Shown here piece after piece: positions 25,429 to 36,219 of a stretch of DNA of 64,000 nt (position 1 is its first letter; each line of letters starts with the position of its first letter). A program made the translations under genes and the position numbers. The notes beneath the pieces are model-generated. The model searched no databases. It saw only the letters and a program-made list of their open reading frames with translations, and had not been told where the DNA came from. This stretch comes from Eukaryota sp. GEM-RC1 (lineage: Eukaryota), in assembly GCA_040285855.1 (NCBI GenBank), contig JAUFOQ010000017.1, positions 682,001 through 746,000 on the forward strand. The letters run 5' to 3'.

Positions 25429-26849
25429 ATTCTCCAAACTTATTTTAAATTTTGAAGAACTTTGCTTGGATTTTCAAAATATTAGTATTTAATCATTCTT
25501 TCTTGACTTGTATTAAATCAATCAATGTGATGGGTCAACTACATTCTGGGTAGGAATTCGAGTTATGCATTAGGCGTTTTTAATGCAATTATTCAAGAAA
25601 CAGTATTCATTAAAGCCATAACGTGAATACCTTCTCAATTTATGTTTGTTTTGATCTCAAACCTTCCAACATTAACCATTTTATAAAACAAATATGACAA
25701 AATTATTGTGATGGTCGATCCATGCGGCTCTTTAACTTCACTTAACTCAATTATAATAAGTGTTTATTTGCAACAATAAATTAATACATACTAATTCAAA
25801 AAATGAAAGAAGTTAAATTCTCCGAGACCAACTCCTTTAACTCCCAATGAGTTAAATGATCGGCCTACGACTAAATCGAAAATGATTTTCGAAACGAAAT
25901 TTACTCTCGTAACTTACTCTTGAAGTTTGATTTTCACCATCCTTAAGAGAAAATAAAGGACCATTGAGAGAAAAACCATCAGCGCAAGCACAAAAACGAA
26001 TATCAAAAAGCCTATCTTTAAACCTAATTAAATTTTCTAAGCCAGAAGGCCCAAAAATTTGATCAATTCATCTGGGTCGAGCCGGCTTTCCTCAAGTTGT
26101 GTTTGGTTGGCCAAAAATACAATTTACTCAAATTTTGACAACAACACTGACAGATTCAATGTATTTCCCAATCATATCTATCAGTTTTTACAATAAACAT
26201 GATATAGATTTATCACTGATGTGATTAAAAACCAACTAATTTCTAACAGTAGTACTATTTACTACAAATACGTTGTTTTTTATCACTGTTTGCATTGTTT
26301 AACAGTTCTCTTCCATTATACCTATCTATACATTTCGCCTGAAGGTTATTGTACGACATCACACAGGAAAAACTGTTTTTACCCAATTAATTATGTATTG
26401 TAAAGTTGTTGCTTCTGGAAAGCTTCTACAACGAACTGCTGTGTAGTTAATGAATTAATGTTTCTGCAAAAAATAGATACAAAGAGCAATTAAATCAAGA
26501 GGTCTCATGTGCCTGCCTGCCTGCCTGCTGGTGCATTTAAGCCAAAGCCAGCCCGACAGAAGTGCAAGGCCGAGCTGAAAAAAAAGTGTGCCAACCGCCA
26601 ACCCTAAATTCAAATGGATCGAAGAGCCAAACAAAAGCAAAGGGTTCTTGCTCAATTGTTCATTTCAACAGTACAGTATGTTTCCTTCTCTATAAGCTTG
26701 TGAGTAGGGGTGGTAGAAGACCCACTGGTTCTGGTTAAACCAATGGATTGTATTGGATTGGTTCTAAAACACGGAACTATCGTGGTTTTCTTTCTCACCG
26801 TACATTTATTCGAAAATAAAAAAAGATGATCTAATACTCAATGTCATCA

Positions 26850-28500
26850 AAACAAGATTCCATCGAATCGAACCCTGTTGAAGTTTTCTCTTGATAAAAC
26901 ACACTGAGGGAGAACAAAGCTTTTAAAATCATTGTGGGAACTGCCTTTATAATCGTAAAGACAATTTGGTTCTGCCAAAAGAACGATCAAGTATTTTGTT
27001 AGTTCTACGAGCTTCAACCTTTGCAAATTCAACAAGGAACTTCAAGGCCAATTTGCCTAATATACCGAATATGGAAATCGCAAATGGGACAAGTGAATAT
27101 TCAACATGAACAATGTGTTTCAGGTCTTTCAAAGGATCAGCATACTTTCTTTGCGTGTTATTTTCAGCAATGTCTAAAGGTGACAACTTTTTTTTGCACA
27201 CATCCACTGAAACAACATCGATAAATCTCATAGATTCAGGAAATGAAGGTATATCAAGTCAGCACGTCTTTGCCCATAAGAATTTTCATTTTTGGAATGT
27301 TGATTGATGTCAAGAGATCTCAACAAAGGTTCAATGAAGTATTCAATTTTGTAAGATTTGCATACGGCATGTAGCTGATCGCGTAGAGGGTCATGGATAG
27401 CAGATCGATAAGTTATGAAATGCGAACATGAAAATGTATGAGATAATGTTATTAATTGTCCACATTTGCAGTAACAATCATAGGGTAGATTATGAGGCCA
27501 TAAAAAACATCTTAAACGCATTGTAGTTGTCCACTGATGATCATCTAGTAACAATCCGTAAATTTGCGGAATTTGATTGAGGAAAGCTGATGCAGAGCTA
27601 TCCTGTAAATCTAACAGAAAATTAGCGAAAGTAAGTTTAGTATGTTTAGCCGAGCTAATGCGAACAACAAAATCCAAACTTTCAAAATGTTTCGAAAGAT
27701 GATGCTGAAGCGTTTTTAGTGCAAACCTTAAAGAAACCAAACTTCTTTCTGGGATGACCTGAATTTCTCTCGGAAAACAAATGGATCAAACTTCTGGACT
27801 AAGTGAACTGACTTCTTTACGAAGACTATTCGAATAGAAACTGTTAACAGATTCTAGAAGACACGATTTGTCAGGATATCTCTGACTAAATTCAAATATA
27901 AAGTTTTTCCCTCCACCAATGAAAGCAGCTTTTGTCCAGTATCTAGAACTTGTAAATCCTATTCCACCTAAATTGACATTAGAAAAAATATGATTTTTCA
28001 ATAAATTCGGGTTGACTTGCAAAAGATAAGCCAAGAATTCTGTTCTAATTTTGTTGAAAGTTTGACAGAAATCAATTGATAACTCAGGGGCCAGAGATCG
28101 TAAAGATGGGTGATTCTTCCAGAATAACACACTTTCAGCAGAGAGAACTTCAAGTGTTTTCCTCAGCAAGAGATAACAACTAAGAAAACGAAAGCCAGAT
28201 GAATGATAAGTAATGAAAAGGGACATTAATATCATCAATTACCAGTTTTTCTAAATGATCAGCAATTATAAAACATTTAGCAATGTGGAGTTCAAGGCCT
28301 ATTTCGTTATACAAAATAGAAACTTCCGATGCAACTTTTTCCAAAGTAGACTATGGTAAAATTAACGAAATGTCGTCCATGAAAGTAACAATTTCCAAAT
28401 CTTCATACTCCTTATGGCCAAGCAGAAAAGAAGGGACCCAATGGATCTGTTTGCTTGACTCCTGATTGAGAAGACAAAAATACTAAAAAAAAGACTATCG
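26850..28500 (-). mobile_element. Decayed non-LTR retrotransposon (RT C-terminal part plus REL endonuclease)
   Basis: LGGIGFTS, RLRCFLWP..CKCG..SHTFSC..HDPLRD, RRADL, FIDV, KYADP, VPFAISIFG across several frames. Confidence 0.8.
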
Positions 28501-28666
28501 TGGTTTTGGTTCTGGTTTGGTTCCAACTGAGAAAACCAGGACGAAATCAGTACCATCATGACGTGCAAATTATGGCTGATGTTGTGTCAATTTGTTTGAA
28601 GTCAATTGTTATAGGTAACACACTATCATGATATTTAACGTCCTATAAAATCAAATTTGAGTTTGC

Positions 28667-30553
28667 ATGGATTGCTCTATCTCACTTAGCAGACAAGGTA
28701 TTGAAGGATGTGTCTCCATCTCTCTCCCAGAGGGGTTGTCACGGACTCCAACTGTTTTTGTTGTTGTTGTTGACAGCTCGGGTTCTATGGGCTCGATGGC
28801 AAGCATTCCCGATCCCGAAACTGGGGAAGTTGATGGTCTCACACGTCTGGATCTGGTAAAACATGCTCTCCGCACCACTGTCGAAGTTCTGAATGAAAAT
28901 GATCGTCTTGCTGTTGTTGACTTCAACAACTCTGCTAATGTAATCCTTCCTCTCACCCAAATCACTGCTGGAGCAAAGCCAACCATAGTTACCAAGCTTA
29001 ATACTGATCTCAAGCCCTCAGGCGGTACTAACATCTGGCAAGGACTCCGCATCGGATACGATATAGCACACCAAGCTTCTCAACAACTTCCTACACATCA
29101 AATCTGCCTCCTCCTCCTCACTGACGGCGTTGCTACCAACACACCCTCTTCTGGTCTTGTCAACACTGTTGCTAAAATGGTAGCCAAGAATCCCAACGTC
29201 TGCTCCATTTCTTGCTTTGGATTCGGTTACCAACTCGAGATTCAGGATCTCATTGAAATTTCCGAATCTCATAATGGTATTTATGGATTCATCCCAGACG
29301 CTTCAATGATTGGGACTGTATTCATCAATTACCTAGCCAATCAACTTGCCGGTCAGTTCTGGAATCTGACCCTCGACATTCACACTAAGACTGGAACGTC
29401 AACCTTCCTGTACAAACGCTGTGTGCCCTTGCTTCAAACTGGTGGAACTAAGGACTATTTCTTTAAGACAATGGACGATTCAACTGTTGTAGAATCAATA
29501 GATTTAGTTCAAACTAGGAGTGGAGCGGTTCTAAAGTCAATTCAACCACACGAATTGACTGATGCAATAACACTGCAAAAACACCGCATTGAATACGTTA
29601 AATTTTTAAAATCCTTGAAACACAGTGGTAATAGAACAGCTGAAAACGTACAGTCAATGATTGATCAACTCAAAAATTCTCCTGAACACGATCATCCTCT
29701 ATTAGCTGGTTTTATTCAAGATCTTGAAGGTCAAGTCATGTTATCTGTTCAACCTCATCATTATGACAAATGGGGCGGATATTACCTTCCGTCTCTAGCA
29801 ATGGCTCACGAATATCAAAATTGTAATAATTTTAAAGATCCTGGAGTTCAAAGCTATGCCACTCCATTGTTTTCTGAAATTCAAGAAATGGCTGATGATT
29901 TGTATGTTAATCTGGATCCTCCAACACCTTCAATTCCTGAAGAATACCGTATGGTTCAACCTTTCCAAAATGCACGTGCTCCTCGACAATCAGGTAAAAG
30001 AAGAATGATGCTTGCTTCTTGTGGTTCTTCGGCACCTCTTTCAATGCGAAGTTATCATTCTGTACAAGGGATTTGCATTGCTGGTCACTGTAGTGTTGCT
30101 GTTGAAGGTGGTTCTAAAAGAGTTGATGAAGTTGTTGCAGGAGATGTGTTGGCTAATGGAGCTCGAGTTGTATGTGTTGTCAAAACTGTTTGCTCCGATG
30201 CTACTCCCATGGTTTTATTGAAAAATGATCTTCTTTTGACTCCATATCATCCTGTTTTTGATAATGGTACCTGGGATTTCCCTATCAATTTAGGAAAGAA
30301 TGATCTCTATCACATGGATGCGGTGTACAACTTTGTTCTTGATTCTCAACATGAGATGGAGATTAATGGGTGTAAATGTTTAACATTGGCTCATGGAAGA
30401 ACTGATTCAGATGTTGTGAGTCATCCTTACTTTGGTTTTTCTATTCTACAAGATTTGAAGAACAGTGATGGATTTAGTGACGGTCTGGTAGTAATTGATG
30501 GAGTTTTTAGGAGTGTTGAGAGTGACTTGATTTGTGGAATTTCTGTTGTGTAG
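28667..30553 (+). CDS. vWA-Hint (Vint) protein, copy 2 (intact, 628 aa)
   Basis: vWA MIDAS DSSGSMG, GGTNIWQG, LLLTDG, FGFG; linker KWGGYYLPSLAMAH..CNNFKDPGVQ; Hint CIAG..TPYHP..VYNFVL..CLTLAHG. Confidence 0.92.
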   Translation: MDCSISLSRQGIEGCVSISLPEGLSRTPTVFVVVVDSSGSMGSMASIPDPETGEVDGLTRLDLVKHALRTTVEVLNENDRLAVVDFNNSANVILPLTQITAGAKPTIVTKLNTDLKPSGGTNIWQGLRIGYDIAHQASQQLPTHQICLLLLTDGVATNTPSSGLVNTVAKMVAKNPNVCSISCFGFGYQLEIQDLIEISESHNGIYGFIPDASMIGTVFINYLANQLAGQFWNLTLDIHTKTGTSTFLYKRCVPLLQTGGTKDYFFKTMDDSTVVESIDLVQTRSGAVLKSIQPHELTDAITLQKHRIEYVKFLKSLKHSGNRTAENVQSMIDQLKNSPEHDHPLLAGFIQDLEGQVMLSVQPHHYDKWGGYYLPSLAMAHEYQNCNNFKDPGVQSYATPLFSEIQEMADDLYVNLDPPTPSIPEEYRMVQPFQNARAPRQSGKRRMMLASCGSSAPLSMRSYHSVQGICIAGHCSVAVEGGSKRVDEVVAGDVLANGARVVCVVKTVCSDATPMVLLKNDLLLTPYHPVFDNGTWDFPINLGKNDLYHMDAVYNFVLDSQHEMEINGCKCLTLAHGRTDSDVVSHPYFGFSILQDLKNSDGFSDGLVVIDGVFRSVESDLICGISVV

Positions 30554-31172
30554 ATTTTTACTGTGAATATTGTAAATAGTTGTTCATCGGTTTATATACT
30601 TTGAGACAAATCCATTTTCCTGGCAAGATTACATTTTAGTCAGCAGTTCTGTATTTGACCTTTGGAAAATGGGAGACTCATTTGGAACAATTGTTGTTGG
30701 TGTGATTAATCTTACCTATTTGTTGCCAGATCTAAAGTTGTGAAATACCCCTTGTTGTAGTCTATAGAGAAATTAGAATATACTAGTACATTGAAAAAGC
30801 GGATTTATGTGCACTAGTACTTTGTGATTGTGGTTAGCATTGTTATAGGTACTTACTAGTATTTGAGTTACGTTTTTGATCATTCCAAAGAACATGTAGT
30901 CCAACACTTCTTAAATCAGGATGTTGACATTAATTTAAGTACAACATGAAGGAATTAACGTTGTAACATCAGGGAAAATCAATACAGGCTATATGTTTTC
31001 ATTTTCAGCAATGTATAAGTACCCAGCAAATCGGAGTAAGCAACAGAACCAAAAATGACTTAGGATTTAGCCTTGATGTGCAGTACAATAATTAGTAGTG
31101 ACTGATGACCTCAAAGAGAATCCTTTGAAAAACACGTTTTGCCACCTCACATCCCCTCTTCTCTTTTTCTTC

Positions 31173-31588
31173 ATGGGCATAAAAATTATCAACGGAGAAA
31201 TAACACAAGTTCCCGATAGTCCACGACCCACTCAGCCTGAGTCAAGGCCCTTTCCACAACCAGTAGCTTCTCAACAATCCAGTCGACCATCCAATATCAG
31301 GACGACACAGGGACTGGACCATAGTCCTGCACTAGCTCTCAACACTTTTTTGAATCACTTAAAATCAGTATAGGCAGATTTCAAGTGGATGGAAGAATCG
31401 TTTTGGGATTACTGGTTCTACTTGGTCTGACCATGGGGAAACGCCCAGCAATCATTCTAGCTGTCTGCATCTTCATTATTAATCTTCTTTCTTCTGGTTC
31501 CATCCGGTCTCCTCCAGCGGGTCCATCTAGTAACGTTAGAGGAATATCCAGCCTACCAAAACCAAAAGGTGGGTGACCTGGTCGTTAA
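31173..31588 (+). CDS. Probable small membrane selenoprotein (SelK/SelS-type C-terminal Sec, FAM241-like body); one -1 frameshift
   Basis: MGIKIINGEI start; hydrophobic hairpin IVLGLLVLLGLTMGKRPAIILAVCIFIINLL; Pro/Gly/basic tail ending PKPKGG-TGA(31574-31576)-CCT GGT CGT TAA; SECIS directly downstream. One added base (T6 run 31346-31351 or A4 run 31361-31364) joins the two ORF-track pieces. Confidence 0.8.
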
Positions 31589-31592
31589 ATTA

Positions 31593-31677
31593 AAGCTTGA
31601 ATGTCTCAACAAAATGTGACGTATTTCTCTCAAACCTTTTAGGCGGAGTTTTACTGATTTGTTGGGACATTGGGCTT
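31593..31677 (+). promoter_or_regulatory. Eukaryotic type II SECIS element
   Basis: Helix I AATGTCTCAACAA / TTGTTGGGACATT; core GTGAC (31616) / TGAT (31655); ~10-position helix II with three U-U pairs; apical AAA (31632-31634) and CCT-TTT-AGG minihelix. Confidence 0.85.
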
Positions 31678-32707
31678 GAGTTTATTGTTTACACTTGTAT
31701 ATCTGTCACTTCAATAAACTAAAATTAGAAGAATCGTTTTTGGTTACAAATCCTTAATTGTTGTATGATGAGATTTCTTTTGTTTGGAAACAAAGTTTGT
31801 TAGGATTTTGTAAAACAGTCATAGAAGTCAAATAGATGGATTTGACAAAGTACTGCTATACTTAACATATTAAAGATGCTGACATTGAGAGCAATAATGT
31901 GGCTGGCTGGTATTTGAGACAAAACTAGGGTAGAAATCGTTTCCACCAAAGTCTCAGTCGGACTTTCGATCTTTCGTTGCTCCTTTCGTCTGACTATATA
32001 TGAGACAACACAGTAGAAGACGTAGATCCCAAAAGATGACCACTGTGAGACGAACTTCTAACGTTCACAAGTCCCGAGATAATAACAGCCATTCCCGTTT
32101 TGCTCAACTCTCCTCGTTTACCGGTATGAGCCCTAAGAAGATGGCCATCATCTTTTGGTCTTTTGAAGGCATGTCACGGTCCCAGAAGTTGCTAGAATGA
32201 TTTGACATCCGTTGCTCTCAATAATGCCTTTTCTTGCTAGTTTTATATGCTATCCGTTGCATCCAAACACAGCTATTCATGTATGTACTTTTGATTTATG
32301 TTCCTTTTTTTTGACTTGACCTGTCACATAGAGGTCCTCGTTTTCTTACAAGCTCGATATTGATTCACTTTGTTATCACATAGAGCGGACGAAGATATGA
32401 TCTGCACTCGCTATATGCATTAGATTGTTCAGATGTTGGCACGCAGAAATAAAGTTCATTTTGGATCTGAATTTCCTCTCACTGCACAATTATAGATGTG
32501 TCCTGAGTGAGCATCAACAAACCCTTTCACTGAGTTTTCCTGTGAAAAGCTGGGTGTTCTCTCGCGAAGGGGCATTCTTATTGCTCCTTATACTGTGATA
32601 TTGTCTTGAATGTTTGGACTATTGTTTTTAGCTCACTTAGTTTAATTCTAATATAAAATTTGTGCTTGTAGATGACCAAATGGTTTATTTGCCTATATGT
32701 ACACCTA

Positions 32708-33673
32708 CTATTCTCTCCAATCCTCACTAGTATCTAGAACAAAATTGATTGCCAACTCCTCGCTCTTATCACAAGAAAAATACGCCTGAGCCACGACTTC
32801 CTTTGGGGCTCCAGTTATAGCCATAATTCTCTCAATTGCCTGGTTATCTTCTGGAGAAAGTTCTAATACATGTCCACCGCCTTCAGGAGGGTCAGTTGCT
32901 AACAACTGGGCAAGAGCTTGCGGGTTCTGTTGAATGAACATGCCTAGCTGGGGATTACTACGACCTAACTCTGTAATAAAGGAGCGGAGAGCGTTAGGAT
33001 CACTTAATAGTTGTTGTCTGAGAAGACCCCATTGAGGGATATTGAGAAGACCCATAAGGGGATTGTTAGCTTGTTGTCCAGAAGGAGGTTGCGATGGAGC
33101 TGATTGAGGAGGTTGCGCGCTAAGATCACCACTTTGAAGTAGATCGATGGCGCGAGAAGTATCGTTGTGAGAGAGTTCTAAAGCTCTTTTGCATTGATCG
33201 GATTCAAAACCCATGTCCATCATAAAATTGAGAGCTTCTTCGTCAACTTCGAATGCTGGGGCTGGTTGCTGATGTTGAGCCTGTGGAGCTTGTTGTGCCT
33301 GTTGAAGTTGAGAGAGACTAAAAGCAGGAGGCATACCAGCTGGTGTTTGTTGTTGAGGGACTTGAACTTCCGGGAATGTGTCTGTTTGTGTGCTGGGAGA
33401 GGAAACGCTCTCTTTTGGAGGAGCTTCTGCCGGTTCTTTGCTGGCACTGGTTTTAACTGCAATAATAGGAGTTGCAGAGGTCATGTTGTAATGTGACAGT
33501 TCCTGGCCATCGTCCAAAACGCGACCTTTGAATACTAGTTTAAGACCAAACGATTCTGGTGTTTCTTTAAGTTGATCGTAGACATTCGATTTCAGAACAG
33601 ATACTTTGTCAGTGGGATCAACGTCTACATCGATGATACGAGAAGGGTTTAAGAAACGAACTTTCAGTTGCAT
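32708..33673 (-). CDS. RAD23: UV excision repair / ubiquitin shuttle RAD23
   Basis: UBL (LKLVFKGRVLDD), UBA1 (MDMGF..ALELS), XPC-binding (QLLSDPNAL..LGRSNPQL), UBA2 (AIERI..QAYFSCDKSEELAINFVL). Confidence 0.95.
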   Translation of the reverse strand: MQLKVRFLNPSRIIDVDVDPTDKVSVLKSNVYDQLKETPESFGLKLVFKGRVLDDGQELSHYNMTSATPIIAVKTSASKEPAEAPPKESVSSPSTQTDTFPEVQVPQQQTPAGMPPAFSLSQLQQAQQAPQAQHQQPAPAFEVDEEALNFMMDMGFESDQCKRALELSHNDTSRAIDLLQSGDLSAQPPQSAPSQPPSGQQANNPLMGLLNIPQWGLLRQQLLSDPNALRSFITELGRSNPQLGMFIQQNPQALAQLLATDPPEGGGHVLELSPEDNQAIERIMAITGAPKEVVAQAYFSCDKSEELAINFVLDTSEDWRE

Positions 33674-34369
33674 TTGTGAGGGGGAAATCGTAAAAAGTGC
33701 AGTGAAGTAAATAATAAATTCTTCGTTGGTAAAGGGGTTTTCTTCAAACGGGGGAGCGATGGTAGAGTACTGTTGCCTCGTGGTAACTGAGGAAGTTTAG
33801 ACTTATTCACATAAATCTCAGGAGAATTTTTGTTAAAAAGTGAGTCATAATTAATACATTTGGGAGCAATATTAGTTTCATCTTCTTCATTTACAACAAA
33901 ATCATCCAAACTTGTTGAAATTGTATCATTATCAGATTCATCACCAGAATCGGGTCCTGATAGTACAGCTTCTGTTTCTAATAAAATTGATTTTTCGAAA
34001 TGATATAAACGATTTCTTTGTAAGTCAATAATTTGATCATCATTATTTTCAATAATTTCATCATCAACATTATCAACAATAACTTCATCAACAACTTCAT
34101 CAACACAATGAACAATTTCAGGAACAACAACATCATCCATAATTGGTACACTCGATTCTGCACAAAAGTTCGCAAACAATGAATTAAAATGATTGAAATC
34201 TCGTTGAAGACAATGTTGATTTCCCAAAACATACAAATCAATAGTGTATGGCTTAACAGGATGAAAAGTTGAATAATACCATTGATACAATTCCAAATTT
34301 GGTACTGGATAACTTCTTCTTTGGGATCAGTGATAAGCCTAATGTTTCATAAATATCAGCAACTTCCAC

Positions 34370-34670
34370 AACGACCTATTTACACAAGTCGATGTGACCA
34401 TTAATAGAGATAGTATCCATATTGCCAACTATGTCTGGAGGATTTTTCAAAATACACAAAAATCAAAAGCGAATCATGAATAGCCAAAAAAGGAAAAAAG
34501 GACCAAGAGGATCTCCTTGTTTAACACCAAACATAGATTTTAAAGAATATGAATCTTAAATTAAATCACTTGGTTTTCCATAAAATATATAAAACTAGGA
34601 TGATAACTCAGGGAAGTCTTTTTCAATAGCAGCAAAAATGGACTTACAACTAATTGAATTAAACGCCTTT
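34370..34670 (-). mobile_element. Reverse-transcriptase fragment of a non-LTR element
   Basis: Minus-strand translation gives AFNSIS and GVKQGDPLGP, with stops and frameshifts. Confidence 0.75.
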
Positions 34671-34919
34671 TTGATACGAAAACCAAATTACTGGCCTTCC
34701 CCTCAGACGGGGTAGGCTAGTAACGGTTTTGCGCTGGCTCGTATTAGGTAAATTAGAGTACAGCACACCTAGACTAATCATCTCCAAAGCTTTATCAGCC
34801 GTGAGTTGCTTTTGTGAGTCCAAAGCTGTTGTAAGATTTGATGGTGACGGCTGTTGTTTTACCGATATGAAAGAAAGGTATATTGGTGAATTGCACAAAA
34901 ATCCATATCATTATAAAAG

Positions 34920-35525
34920 CTATGAAACACAAGACAAAGAAAATTCCTGCTCGACAGTGTCACAGTTTTTATACAACTTTGTGATAATTGATTTATAAAA
35001 CTTAGGCGTCGAACGGAACAAAGAAAAAATCAAATGGTTGTGCCAAATTGATATGTAAAATCTCTTATTCTAATAGTTACACATATATCCAAAATCAGTT
35101 AAAAACTGAGAAGCCATTTCACCAATACTACCAAAAAACAGAAATAACAAATGGAGCAAACACAAATTTTGAATAAATATTTTGATTGAGTTTAGTAACC
35201 TCTTTAGAATACAAATCAATTTTACGTTTTTCGGCTGTTTCTAGGTGGTTGAAACCTTTTGAATTTAAGCCGTTAACATAAGTTTGAGCACATGGATCTA
35301 GAAATGTTTTCACTTCAAGATCTTTTCAACAAACACAAGAGTGTATTTGCAACAATAAATATACACACACTAAAACTTCAAGATCTTATTGGTTTTACTG
35401 ATAGCACAGTACTTCTACAATTGTGTAGTCCTATGGGAAGTCCTCAATTTCTATTTTAAAAAAATCGTGCATCCTGACGTCGTTCCTCATTGCAAATGTC
35501 ATTTATGGTTCAATTTTTAGACATC
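34920..35525 (-). mobile_element. REL non-LTR 3' fragment; inverted copy at ~40160-40720
   Basis: LETAEKRKIDLY..APFVISVF; reverse complement matches 40168-40710. Confidence 0.75.
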
Positions 35526-35701
35526 TTGGTGTGAAGGTATTAATAGGAGCTTAGTGATTGTAAAAGTGTTGAATCATTATCGAAGTAATTGCAATTATCG
35601 ATATGTTACAAGTACAATACAATTTGTACAAAAAAACGTCTTTTATATACTCTTACAAATACAAAGTATCATCAATATTAACAAATGAGATACACATACC
35701 T

Positions 35702-36219
35702 CTACATCATCTCAAATTCATGTCTCAACGCAAAGAGACGGTTCAAAATCGAATCAAAATACCTAAACAGTGCTTTGAAACGGGAAAACGACAACCTTCC
35801 TCTCCAGTAACTTTCATTAAAATTCTTTCCATACTGCTTCCACAATTTGCCAAAATCTGTGAGAAATTGTTGACCGAAGCAACCAAATGTACCATAAAGA
35901 GAAATAGCAACAGGATGAAAAACAAAAGGATTGTATCGGCGAGAATTCATCTTGGAAATTAATTCGCCATAACGATTTAATTTTTGCTTTCAGCAGTTTC
36001 AAGAGCTGAATAGTTTTCGTCTAAAATTTTGTTAACAGAAGTTGAGTTACAAGGATCAACCATAGTAAAGTCCATAATTATTTTTTGAGAGGACAACCAA
36101 GAACCAATCAAAACACCGCTGCTCTTATCTCTCATAATTGAGTCAGACAAACTATTTAAAACTGGTTCGATTTTCCCATGAAAACCATTGCTCGTAAACA
36201 ATTCTAAACATTCAACCAC
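35702..36219 (-). mobile_element. REL non-LTR 3' fragment (different subfamily)
   Basis: KIEPVL, IMDFTMVDP, ALETAESK, FHPVAISLYGTFG. Confidence 0.7.

Noticed and set aside
30074..30553. Mobile intein
   Set aside because: The Hint domain is C-terminal, has no endonuclease and lacks a His-Asn|Cys/Ser/Thr splice junction; it fits Vint.
31368..31377. Micro-intron (GTATAG or GTATAGGCAG) joining the selenoprotein ORF halves
   Set aside because: 6 or 10 nt is too short and neither restores the frame; a one-base homopolymer loss does.
33664..34296. 210-aa acidic ORF overlapping the RAD23 start
   Set aside because: No ATG start, low complexity, and adjacent to retroelement debris; not supportable as a host gene.
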